The notes under the pieces: model-generated
Databases searched by the model: none
What the model saw: only the letters and a program-made list of their open reading frames with translations
Told to the model about the DNA's origin: nothing
Part shown: positions 1 to 11,990 of the stretch, piece after piece
Layout: every line of letters begins with the position of its first letter
Position numbering within the stretch: position 1 is the stretch's first letter
DNA from: Octopus vulgaris
Lineage: Eukaryota
Assembly (NCBI GenBank): GCA_951406725.2
Contig: OX597821.1
Location: 21,948,001-22,012,000 of the forward strand
Reading direction: 5' to 3'
DNA length: 64,000 nucleotides
Position numbers and translations under genes: made by a program

Positions 1-100
1 CTTCCTCACATTTTCTCCGTCTTTCTATCAAAGTTTCCGACAAAAAAGCTCAGCTCGAAAAGTCTAACACACCTACACATTATCTTTAATCGTTTTATTA
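1..100 (+). mobile_element. Degenerate PLE-type tail (P1/P2-like) truncated by the window edge
   Basis: tttccgacaaaaaagctcagctcgaaaagtc resembles the ctgacgaagagctccgctcgaaacgt motif found in other copies. Confidence 0.4.
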
Positions 101-204
101 AGCTTTAAACAAATAATTACAATCATAATAGTTTGCACTTCATTTTCTGTGTGTTGCTATTTTCAAGTTTTAAATAGAATTTTAAATCCATACGTGTGCT
201 TGAG

Positions 205-209
205 AGTGA

Positions 210-272
<63 letters not shown>

Positions 273-334
273 CGTGTGTGTGCGTGTGTGCATGTGTGTG
301 TGTCTGTGTGCTTGATAAACGGAGAAGCAGAAAA

Positions 335-381
<47 letters not shown>
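205..381. repeat. (TG)n and (GATA)n microsatellites
   Basis: Direct reading. Confidence 0.95.
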
Positions 382-460
382 TTTTATCTATCTATAGATA
401 GATACGCTCTTCAGTCGGTACTTTTCAATGTTTCCACATTACGGTTGTGTGCATGTATAA

Positions 461-498
<38 letters not shown>

Positions 499-756
499 TC
501 CAGGTATGCGAAAATATTAGCATATATGCACGTGCAAACTTTGTGTTTGCTTATTTTATTCATTATTGAGGACATTTCTGCTTTTGTATAGACGTCAATA
601 ATTTTGCATGATCAAATATTGGACACAAGTGTCAATATATTCCTTCCTCTCAATATACATACACATATGCGTATGTCTGTGTTTGCGTAAGGACCGTGTA
701 TATATATGTGAGGTTGTAAATCCGTCTATGTATTCAAATAACAATGCATATATATA

Positions 757-800
<44 letters not shown>

Positions 801-968
801 TGCACGCGCATGTGTATGGTGTATGTATATATTTACATAGTTACACTCACGTATGAATGAAGTGTTTGTGTGAGTAACAGATTGATATATATGCTTGTGT
901 AGTCAGAAATACGGGTTTTCTTTGACTGTACTTTAATGTGAATGCATTTATGCATTCACACAAGAATT

Positions 969-1023
<55 letters not shown>

Positions 1024-1139
1024 CAAATATATTTGTATGTAACGTAGATATGTACACGTTATATATAGGTATATCTACATATATACAAATATATATAAGC
1101 ATAATTATTTTAGCTTTTAAAAAGATAACATATGCGGTC

Positions 1140-1785
1140 GAAACACGTGGCACAAGGCTGAATTGGGTTAGGAAGCGATGAAATTGAGGCGGTAAAGTGT
1201 ACGTCTACCTAGGGTACACAGTGAATATGCGTTGAGGTATGGGTGCTGAAATCTCAGAGAGAAAAAGGGAGGAGGGAAGGCATTTAACTCAATAAAGGAT
1301 GTGCCCCAAACGAAGGTAGACAATGTCGTATATGCCGGTCTCTTCAATTGTACCGTCTTACCTGTGTTATTATATGCAAGTGAGACTTAGTCAACTACGA
1401 ATAAAACATTGATTTCGGATAAAACATTGATTGGCTACGATGCAAAGGACCATGGAAAGATTGATGCTTAGAATATCATTAAGAAAACACATCCAAAATG
1501 AGATAATTCGAGAAAGAAATGGTGTGAGCGATGTGATCGCTGAGTACTGCAAACACAAGATCCGCTGGTTCGTACATGTTACAAGGTACACAGACAACAG
1601 ATTGACCCATGCAGCTGCTGAGTGGAACCCAGGGGAACGGAAAAGACCAATTGGAAAGCCTCCACGGCGATGGGAAGATGACTTAGTCAATCAATTAAGG
1701 TAAAGAGGGAAATGAATGCCGCAATCAAGATGAATTGGAAGCGTATTGTGACGAGCGGTGTATAACAGCATCCCATGGGCTGATA
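1140..1785 (+). mobile_element. RTE-clade LINE 3' fragment (RT C-terminal region), degraded
   Basis: Conceptual translation YVYLG..VNM, LFNCTVLPVLLYASET*, MERLMLRISLRKHIQNEIIRER, KIRWFVHVTR, KRPIGKPPRRWEDDL; stops and frameshifts; ends at a TA array. Confidence 0.9.
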
Positions 1786-1894
1786 CATATATATATATAT
1801 ATATATATGCATATTTGCGTATGTGTGTGTGTTCATGCGCATAAATATAAGACACACACACACACATAAACACACACATACATACATACATACA

Positions 1895-1930
<36 letters not shown>

Positions 1931-1935
1931 TAAAC

Positions 1936-1968
<33 letters not shown>

Positions 1969-1974
1969 AATTCT

Positions 1975-2065
1975 CACTAGCTCTTCGACCTGTAACCAGT
2001 TTGGTAAGTGTCAAAGAACGAAACCCTCGGCCGTTGAGTCACTCTATTGCTTCTGCTAAATAACA
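1975..2065 (+). mobile_element. Short PLE-type tail with degenerate U3-A8 hammerhead-like motif
   Basis: agt-TTGGTAA-gtgtcaaagaac-GAAAC...gaGTC-act; shares gagtcactct.ttgcttc with 41241-41300. Confidence 0.45.
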
Positions 2066-2087
2066 ATATATACAGATACATAGATAC

Positions 2088-2200
<113 letters not shown>

Positions 2201-2205
2201 CAGCC

Positions 2206-2236
<31 letters not shown>

Positions 2237-2254
2237 TGTATGATGGGTTCTCAC

Positions 2255-2885
2255 GTTGTGAACGACAAATGAGGGTTCAGTGAAATAAAGCGTTGATCAT
2301 GTTCTATGGACACGCCTGTCTCTAGAGGCCTGCTGGTGCCTTGCAAACCTTTTGTCAAATGGAACAAACTGAGGACTAAGGGGCTCGAGTGCTTGTGGAT
2401 CATTTGCTATGTGTTTTCTTCAGTGGACAGTAGGGCCTGCTTTACCTTGTGCAACAAAACCACAATAGCAGGTAAGATTTTCACTTGGCGGAGCAAAGTT
2501 TTGCCAGCAAAGTTTCATGCTTACACGAAATTGCTCCCCTTGTTAGAATTGACTTTGCTCAAATCTGTGAACTGAGTGGAAGCAGGACTGGCGCCAGTTC
2601 CTGCTTTCTGGTGCTTTGTTTTCCGAGTGTGAAAAGGGAATGTCACATCACTTCAGATTGTCTTTTAGTTTGTCTTTGAAGCGCAAGGGATGCCTCCCAA
2701 CTGACCTTCCGCTTGGGAATTGACCAAACACAAGTTACTTCGGAATTCTGATATCACTCATCCATCAAAGATTATCCGACCATCTAAGCTGTAAGTTGAT
2801 GAAGATGGCTTCAAATACCTGATATGTTGCATTTCGTTAACACCTCACTTTTACGAATATGGTCACTCGGTTTTATGTTGGAGAC
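2255..2885 (-). mobile_element. RTE-clade (BovB-like) LINE 3' fragment
   Basis: Minus-strand translation DHIRKSEVLTKC, QLRWSD, MSDIRIPK*LVFG, GRHPLRFKDKLKDNLK, ESRNWRQ. Confidence 0.85.
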
Positions 2886-3409
2886 AGTACGCAAGCATCG
2901 CATAGTATACCGCATAGTATATCACATCGTACATCGCAAGCATCGCATAGCATATCGTGCTACATACATTCATACTTACATGTATGTAGCACCTAAAGAG
3001 TCAAACTTACGCTACCAAGACATTCTCAATATTTTGGTTTCAAGGTGACAAGTTACCATTTCTCGGTCTCCTTCAAGTGATGAACTATAAAACAACATAG
3101 AGTTCACCATAGGATTTGACTGAATAAAGAGGTGCGCCACATATTGCCTGCTGGATTTCCTTTATGAATACCTTTCAAAATAGTAATACATACAGATAGC
3201 CCAATGTGTATAATTCCAATAGCCCAATGTGTATAATTCCAAACGGCTGTATTGTACAAGCTACATGATAATGGACGACTAACGAACTCGTTATACTTAT
3301 TAACATAACGAAATTTACTTAACTATATTTGTTTCAACTCCTTGTGTTTCGTTTCTCTGCTACCTTACTATTATTATTGTTGTCTTTTGCATAGCATGGT
3401 ACTTAACCT

Positions 3410-3682
3410 GTCGCCTTCTTTGGCGGAACTGCTATGTTACGGTGTTATAAATATACCAATTCCGGTCGTCAAGACGTGTTCGGGGACAAACAGATAAAAA
3501 AAGGCACACATACGTGTGTATTTGTGAGTGTATGTGTGTGTGTGCGCGCGTGTGCGGGCGCCCATGTGTGTGTGACTGTGCGAGCGCGCGACGGGCTTCT
3601 TTCAGTTTCCGTCTGTCAAATCCACTCAAAAAGCTTTGATCGGTCCGAGACTAGACAAGACACTTACCCAACTTGCCACGCG
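3410..3682 (-). mobile_element. SINE family B, partial
   Basis: Reverse complement of ggatttggtagacggaaactgaaagaagccc found in full copies at 49945 and 54938. Confidence 0.8.
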
Positions 3683-3856
3683 TATAGACATACGTACATG
3701 GTTACACACACACACACACACACACATACATATATATATATGCATGTTTCCATTAGTACGTTTGTAAATATTCATGTACTAATATGTGTACTAATATATA
3801 TATATATATATACACATACATATATGCATATATACATACGTACATACATACATACA

Positions 3857-3888
<32 letters not shown>

Positions 3889-4346
3889 GATGAGTGTTAT
3901 GTAAACAGCTCACTCGACCCTACTCTTTCCTCACTTGAGAATTTTCTCTTAAATATGTACTTATGTATTTACAATTATATATAATTATATATGTATATAT
4001 AATTATATATCTGTGTGTGTATATGCGCATGCATGTAAACATATACACATAATTATGTATGCTTGATAATGTATAAAGTTTATATATTTATGTGTATATA
4101 TGTGTATATATGTGTATATAAATATGCCTGTATGAATGTATACAAGCTTACGTTCAGCTACGCATAACCGTATATATGCCTACACGCGTGTAAATGCATA
4201 AATGTGCACGACTTTGAGATTGTGGCTGTGTTGCATGTGCGCGCTGGTGTGTCTGAGTGTATGTCAGTGCTTGTATGTGTGTGTCTGTGCTGTATGTGTG
4301 TGTCTGTGCTGTATGTGCGTGTGAGTGAGTGTGTGTGTGTGTAGTG

Positions 4347-4390
<44 letters not shown>

Positions 4391-4686
4391 TGTATATGAG
4401 TACTTGTGTATACAGTACCATACACCATCTACCTCTCTCCACCACACTTGAATTATTACAAGTGACACTCGATCAAAATCGATTAACAAAAGAGAAGCAC
4501 TTCGAGATGGAAATTTTCATGAATTGTCTTGAAATGAATGCTTGAAGTGGGATTCTTCAAGTGTCTTCGCACCAACCAATGACGTCTTGTCGACTGGGCG
4601 TGTGCAGTGGCGCAGCAGTGTACATGTGTATGCACATGTGTTGGCGTTTGTATGCATGTATGCGTGGCATGTTTACATGTGTATAT

Positions 4687-4722
<36 letters not shown>

Positions 4723-5257
4723 TTATAAACACATGTATGTATGTATATGTATATGTAAGCATATATATAAAATATTATTTAATATATATATGTGGATATA
4801 CATATATTCATAACATACGTTCATAATTATATTCACATATGTATATGCATACATCTATATGTCTATATATGTATATATATATATATATATATAAGTACTT
4901 ATATTATATATATATGAAAATATGCCCATATATATACGCATGGAAAAATATGGGTGCTTATATATATATATATATACATATATATATACATATATACAGG
5001 CATAACGTCACGTATGTATGCATAAATATTACCTGTGTATTTACATGCGTAATATTATTATAGGCATATATATGAATATGTATATACTATGCAATATAAT
5101 GAATATAATTATACATATATACATATGCATATACAACTATATATAATACTATATGTATTCACGCACACTCGCGCACACACACACGTTTGTGTGTGTGTAT
5201 ATATATATGTATGTATGCATGTATGTATGTATGTATGTATGTATGTATGTATGTGTG

Positions 5258-5291
<34 letters not shown>

Positions 5292-5520
5292 TATCATGTG
5301 TGTTTATGTGATGTATGACGCGTGTATTTGAACAAGGATAAATGCGATTTTAGTGGTTTTCATGCAGAAAACCCTTGATTATGAGTAGGAGGTATATTTG
5401 ACATCTTCGATATCTGCATAATAATAATAATAATGATAATAATAACAATAATAATAATGATAATAATAATAATAAAGGTTATTGTTATTATCATCATCAT
5501 CATCATTATCATCATCATCA

Positions 5521-5544
<24 letters not shown>

Positions 5545-5559
<15 letters not shown>

Positions 5560-5750
5560 TATGTTTGACTTTTGCTTTATGTCTGTACAAGTTGGCTCCA
5601 AGTCTCACCCAGAGACCTCAAGAGACAACAGGTTGGAAGTTCTGTGCCATATAGTTGGGGTTTTTTTTTTGTTTTTTTTTTTGGTGTTGTACTAGTGAAT
5701 GTCTAATACATAAAAATAAAAAATAAATAAATAAATTTTTTTTAAAAATG
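5545..5750 (-). mobile_element. Dong/R4 LINE 3' UTR fragment in a TAA array
   Basis: tttgacttttgcttt...ccaagtctcacccagagacctcaagaga is nearly identical to 32965-33030. Confidence 0.8.
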
Positions 5751-5755
5751 TATTA

Positions 5756-5819
<64 letters not shown>

Positions 5820-6080
5820 TATTCTAGCTGGTCTTGTTATAGCTATTATCATTATCAATATTGTTTGTGTTGTTGTTGTTGTTTTAGTTGTTTCCTCCAT
5901 TATCATCATCATCATCATCGACATCATTTTCATGCAGTAGTCTTCCTTTTTCTATGTCATTCCAGTGCACTACCGAGTGCAACTCTGTAGGTCATGGGTA
6001 TGTGTGGTGGTTTGTTTAGTTGTATTGAGATTACTGTACATAGGATGCTTGCGGTGTCAAACAGTGTTATTTTCTGCATA

Positions 6081-6145
<65 letters not shown>

Positions 6146-6151
<6 letters not shown>

Positions 6152-6957
6152 TGAGCTTTTTTAGAAATTTCACTTCCAGTGAATAAAAGCATGTATAAAA
6201 GTCAATAGACAACATATTCTTAATATAAAATAGTGTACATTTAAACTCAAGAGAAAACTGCCTTCAGCAGGCAGTTTTTACACGCTAGAAGAAGTAGTCA
6301 AACCGACAAAAACTACATTTAAGAGCAATCTTCAAAAGAATGAAAAATAAAAACTTTTACCTCGTTATTTTATTCCGGTCATCCGAGGTTTCTAATTTTT
6401 TTTAGGAAATGGAATAATCTGATAGGCGAATTTTTCATCAGTGACCGCGCCATAACACTAACATATAATTAAGAGACAATTTACTCGGGTCGCTTCTTTA
6501 TACATAATATTTTTTCAAATTCACCGCGCAAGCGCAGTTTTATTCGGCAGTAAATGATTAACTGCCGAATAAATCTTTAAAAATTGCTAAAAACATATAC
6601 GTAAAATATATAGAGTAATGAGTAGTTAATCACTTACTGCCGAATGAAACTGCGCTTGTGCGGTGAATTTGAAAAATTATAATGTATAACGAAGACACAC
6701 GTCTTAATCGTCTTTTAATTATATGTTAGTGTTATGGCGCGGTCACTGATGAAAAATTCGCCAAGCAAATTATTCCATTTCTTAAAAAAAATTAGAAACC
6801 TCAGATGACCGGAATAAAATAACAAGGTAAAAGTTTTTATTTTTCATTCTTTTGAAGATTGCTCTTAAATGTGGTTTTGGTCATTTTGACTGCTTCTTCT
6901 AGCGTGTAAAAACTGCCTGTTGAAGGCAGTTTTCTCTTGTGTTTAAATGCACACTAT

Positions 6958-6958
<1 letters not shown>
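6146..6958. mobile_element. Head-to-head palindromic PLE-type tail insertion (~335 bp arms) between TA arrays
   Basis: Arms 6229-6563 and 6624-6958 are reverse complements; each carries ggtca-CTGATGA...GAAAC...tgacc. Confidence 0.75.
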
Positions 6959-7034
<76 letters not shown>

Positions 7035-7099
7035 ATATATATAGTGTACTGTTGTGCCATGGTAGGATTAAAAAAAGAGTACTCCGTCTGGTGAGGCAT

Positions 7100-8340
7100 A
7101 AATATCATTCAATAAACACAATATATATTTTTTTATGAGCAACTATTAGATTTTAATGATGAATCCAGCTCAGACGGCATTCTTTAACACGTCTAGTACA
7201 TTAGTGCAATCCTCAGATTGAGCCCAAATAGCATATCAAGCTAAAAATAGAACGATAGGGTGAGGGCAAAAAACTAGAATAGGCAAGAAGTGGGTAGATA
7301 TAAATGGTGGGAGGTTGAAAAGCCGGATATTGAAAAAGAAAATCGAAAAAAGCAAGAACAGTTAGAATGAGACCGTAAAGTCATATGGATGAAAGTATAG
7401 TGGTCTAGCGTCTGCGGTACAACATCCTAATCCGGAGAGAGTGATACTTTCTAATTCGCCGATAGGAACTTAATCATAGGTTTACAACCGCCGAAAATTT
7501 CAGGTCTGGAACTTAGCAGTGCGGTAGAGCTCATAGATCTGAAAAGGATCTGTGTACGAAAACTTACATTCTTTTTTATCCGTTGACATATGGTGTGGTC
7601 TTTTCAACTATTTCCACTTTACTCTATATGGTATGGCGTTAGACTTCAAATCCCATACGTCTCTAACCAACTTAATGGCTTTACTCATGTTCCTGTGTCG
7701 GAAGGAAAATATGTAGTTAGCATAGCGATTTTTGAAGTCGTTTTCACATAGCTCAATGTAGGCCTTCTTTTCGGTTGTTATCACCATGCGTTGCTGTAAC
7801 GTCTGCTACCCATATGAGACATGTTCCTAAGTTTCGACAGTTACAACTGGGAGTAGGCTCTAGGTATGTTTGCGTGTAATGATGCTGTTCAGCCTGGCGC
7901 AACGGCTATGTGATAATTTAACAGAGCGCTCTTAGAATATATTTCTGTACCCGCGATTTTCAGGAAAATGTTTGTCTAAAAGAGACAGGAATGTTTTACC
8001 TCTAAAAGAGACAGGAATCTTTTATCTCTGTTGATTTTAACACTAAGGGAAAAAGTGAGGTCAACCAAATTATTTATTTTGGTCTATTTTAAGCTTTATC
8101 ATTATCATTCGTCTAATTATAAGAGGAGTTGTATTTTAATACGTCCTTAGGCTAGAGCATTGTTGTAGTGAGTGCTGCCTCCTCGAAAATTTCTTTAGAG
8201 AAAGAGAGGTTGGATACTCTGTTAGTAACAGACCTAGACTCCACCTCTTATAAACATAACCATGGGCCCAACGAGAAACTTTCCTGTATGCACAAACAAT
8301 CTTGCCATCCCGCCTCATAGTAGTTAAAAGCTAGATAGCT
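7100..8340 (-). mobile_element. Penelope-like element remnant (RT thumb, Cys-rich linker, GIY-YIG, 3' UTR), Neptune-like
   Basis: Minus-strand peptides NRVSNLSFSKEIFEEAA, GKTFLSLLDKHFP, CNCR, KAYIELCENDFKNRYANY.FSFRH, VWDLK..Y.VKWK; many stops. Confidence 0.85.
7168..7223 (-). ncRNA. Degenerate type I hammerhead ribozyme in the PLE 3' UTR
   Basis: gctca(at)CTGAGGA-ttgcac taat gtac-TAGAC-gtgtt aaag aatgc c-GTC-tgagc; stem I gctca/tgagc; GAAA is mutated. Confidence 0.55.
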
Positions 8341-8417
8341 AAAGTTAGTAATAAAGTATCTCACTTCTCTTCCTCTACAGAAATATATACATACATATCT
8401 ATCTATCTATCTATCTA

Positions 8418-8459
<42 letters not shown>

Positions 8460-8658
8460 TGTGTCTAAATATTCATATATACATATATATCTCTATGTTT
8501 TTGTGTTTGTGTTTTCGTTTCTCATTGTGTTCAACGTTTTGTTTTATGTCCTGTATATATATTTGATGCCCCGTATATATACATATATATGTAGGTATGT
8601 ACAAATATGTATGTATATATGCATATATCTATATTATTTATATTATATATATATATAG

Positions 8659-8706
<48 letters not shown>

Positions 8707-8709
<3 letters not shown>

Positions 8710-8910
8710 TAATCCAAACATGAAAAAACAACAAGGCGAGGACATGGAACAAGTATAGTGTTATTGGACGCTCAGGAAAGAAGGAAAGAAGGAGGGTTTA
8801 ACGTTTCGAACAGAGCTGTTCGTCAGAAACATAGGAAAAGGAAAGATCCAAAGAAGGGAAGGCGGAGGAAAAAGAAATGCCAACGGTACACACGCGGTCA
8901 CATTTTGAAC
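8707..8910 (-). mobile_element. P1 mini-element with hammerhead-like motif, 3' end at a TA array
   Basis: Minus strand gttt-CTGACGA-A-cagctctgttc-GAAAC-GTT-aaac; homologous to 27870 and 41632. Confidence 0.75.
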
Positions 8911-8930
8911 TAATTAGTTAAACTAATGAA

Positions 8931-8993
<63 letters not shown>

Positions 8994-9600
8994 TATATCA
9001 TTCATTAGTTTAACTTCGAATTAGCTCAAACGCGCTAACACAAAATGCAGTATCAAAGGGTAATTAATATGGTTAACCAAAGTTTATAAGCATTTCAGTA
9101 GGCTTTGTATGCCTTGCACTTCTGGTCGTTTCGAAATGTTCTTCCAACCTTATTCTTTGTTAAGCATCATGCAGGGGTGTTGTCTTTTTGCATGCACAAA
9201 CGATTTACAACGCTTAGATATTTCGAAACCGTTCTCCAGGACAAATAGGTAAATTTAGTCAATTTGTGTGATTTATCTCTCTAGGCAATGATTTGCTTTG
9301 CAAAAATATTGCATTTGCGTCGCACATATGACAGTACAAAACACGTATCCAACTGATTTTTTTTCACCTCAACCGTTTTTTGAATAATTCAATAAGAATT
9401 TTAAAAATATTACATCTCTTTTAATCTGAATTTTAAAATATGCCTCTTAAAATTGGCTTCTCTGACACGTCGTTAACACTATTTCGCTATCGTATCTCTC
9501 AATTTCTTCTTCTCTCCAAATTTCGACTTCTACTCGTCTCCACTCTTACTGAACGCTTATCTTTCGTAATATATGCAATAATATTTTCAAGTTACTCATT

Positions 9601-9641
9601 GCGATTCTGAAGATTCCACAGATGAAACTCTAGTAAATTGT
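9601..9641 (+). ncRNA. Minimal type I hammerhead-like motif
   Basis: gcgatt-CTGAAGA-ttccacagat-GAAAC-tcta-GTA-aattgt; stem I has 6 pairs including G.U; stem II is weak. Confidence 0.55.
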
Positions 9642-9834
9642 CACCTTGAACCTTTCTACTTCATTACATATCTACGTTATGCCACCTACTGTACAGCATT
9701 CTTTGTCTCCATTGGCGATATAATCGACTTTAACGCTCTTTCTCGATATGGGGCGTTGTTTCTATGTGACGAATTATTGTTGTTATGATTATTATTATTA
9801 TTATTATCATCATCATCATCATTATCATCATAAT

Positions 9835-10378
9835 TACTGAGCGAGAGAGCAGTGCATGCCATCACAGTAACATTTGCATACAAATATACGAAGCCCAATA
9901 TACCCATCATGACTACCCGTCTGATAAAAGCATATACATCGCAACCACATGTGAGCGACATGGTGATCTCATATCAAGATAACAGTGCATGACCTTGCTG
10001 GTGGAGCCCCGTTAAGATTTTCTTCCAGTTGAGTAGCCCATCCCGCTCAAAAGGTCCCTGAATAAGGGTTGTTTAAGGATGATGTATAAAACACTTATAT
10101 TTCCAGAGGTGAATTATTCAAACCTCAAAGAATTCCTTTCAACATATGGCTATGATGCTCCCCCATCACTTCTGCTCGTGATCAGAGATGCACATATTGC
10201 CAACCAGCAAATGACATGTTCAACTAGTTAACATCAAGCAAATGGCAAATAAATCTGTGGTATTGAGCAGAATATTTGCTGTAGTTCATCTTTTACACCA
10301 AGACTAAATTTGTACATGATAACACTTCCAATCAGTTAAGATCAATAACCATGAGAGCCACTGCTTGGTACGGCATTT
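9835..10378 (-). mobile_element. Interspersed repeat X, probable retroelement 3' region abutting a TAA array
   Basis: Second copy at 47440-47960 (gagagagcag.gcatgccatca...tatacgaagcccaatatacccatcatgactac); no ORF recognised; strand inferred from the TAA tail. Confidence 0.65.
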
Positions 10379-10762
10379 TATCATTATCATTATTATTATT
10401 ATTATTCTTATTATTCTTATTATTATTATTATCATCATCATTGTAGCCATTTGTGTATCATTCTTAAGGCAAGTCCGCTACGAATGGCAAATTAACTACG
10501 GTATTCGTTTGGAAATTACTTTTTTAAAAAAAAGCAAGAGTTTATCAGTAACAGACTATAATGGACCACCAGCTGTGGTGTAAAACACCGGAAGCACATT
10601 TCTGCCTTTCTCAGTCTTGTCAGCAGCTTTGTACACACTGGCAATCACATGCTTAAGACACATTCGTCGACACTGATAGAGTAATCAACGACTGAAATAT
10701 CACTGTTGTTGCAATTAGCCGTCCAGCTGAATAAAAAGTACGGTGAAAGGCAACAGAAGCAA

Positions 10763-10831
<69 letters not shown>

Positions 10832-10900
10832 CAGCAGCAGCAGCAGCAGCCACACCACCAGCAGCAGTAGCAGCAGTAGTAGTAGTAGTAGTAGTAGTGG
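10763..10900. repeat. (AGC)n/(AGT)n compound microsatellite
   Basis: Direct reading. Confidence 0.95.
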
Positions 10901-11060
10901 TCAGGGTGTTACACTTACGATCGTGGGATCGGAGTTTCAATTCCTAGACAGAGTGTTCTTAAGCAAAACACTTAATTTCACATTTCTCTTTGATCACTTC
11001 GACACCTGACGCGTGGTAAGCTGTGCACACCTGTACGGGCAACGTCGAGTCGTTCGACAA
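10900..11060 (+). mobile_element. Degenerate tRNA-head SINE (family C-related)
   Basis: gtggtcagggtg...ggagtttcaattcctagac...cttaagcaaaacacttaatttcac. Confidence 0.5.
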
Positions 11061-11100
11061 AAGCTGAATGCTCATACTTCGTCATCGACGGGAGAGATCA

Positions 11101-11102
<2 letters not shown>

Positions 11103-11141
<39 letters not shown>

Positions 11142-11201
11142 TGTTTGTGTGTGTGTGTTTGTTTGTGTTTGTGTGTGTGTGTGTTTGTTTGTGTGTGTGT
11201 T

Positions 11202-11237
<36 letters not shown>

Positions 11238-11247
11238 TTTGTGTGTG

Positions 11248-11282
<35 letters not shown>

Positions 11283-11403
11283 GTTTGTTTGTTTGTGTGT
11301 TTGTTTGTGTGTCTTGTCTGTGCGTGTGTGTGTTTATTTGTGTGTGTGTGTGTGTGTTTTGTGTGTCTTGTGTGTGCGTGTGTGTGTGTGTGTTTTGTGT
11401 GTC

Positions 11404-11442
<39 letters not shown>

Positions 11443-11472
11443 GTGTGTCTTGTGTGCGTGTGCGTGTGTGTG
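11103..11472. repeat. (TG)n-derived compound array
   Basis: Direct reading. Confidence 0.95.
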
Positions 11473-11774
11473 TATTTTTACAAACGAGGAAGTACTTGAT
11501 ACATCTGTGTAGAATTTTTTCATTAAATTCGAAGCTGATGCTAAATTCCATCTTGTGACTTTAACTGCACAATACATACCTAGGTATGTGCGCGCGAGTT
11601 TGTGCGTGTAGCCATAGGGAATACAAATCATGGCTTGAAGTTTCACTGACAGAAATATTGAATAAATCATTAGACGACAAAAATATAACAGTCCGCGAGC
11701 ATATCAGCAACTTACATTTTTTTTCTTTTTTAACTGTCAGTGGTCTTCAGAGTTTCCGGTTTAGCTTGTTTGCG

Positions 11775-11990
11775 ACTCGAGCTGGCAGAAACGTTTGCAC
11801 GCCGGGCGAAATCCTTAGCAGTATTTCGTCTGTCTTTACGTTCTGAGTTCAAACTCCGCCGAGGTCGACTTTGCCTTTCATCCTTTCGGGGTCGATAAAT
11901 TAAGTACCAGTTGTGCACTGGAGTCGATCTAATCGACTGGCCCCCTACCCCAAAATTTCGGGCCTTGTGCCTAGAGTAGAAAAGGATGAG
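11775..11990 (+). mobile_element. SINE family A
   Basis: gagctggcagaaacgtt, B-box gagttcaaa, ccgaggtcgactttgcctttcatcctttcggggtcgataaattaagtaccag. Confidence 0.9.

Noticed and set aside
2890-3242. Short tandem repeats as a CRISPR-like array
   Set aside because: Degenerate minisatellite and a 23-bp tandem duplication without unique spacers, in eukaryotic context.
11013-11670. Cys/Val-rich and His/Thr-rich ORFs
   Set aside because: Translations of (TG)n, not metallothionein or histidine-rich proteins.
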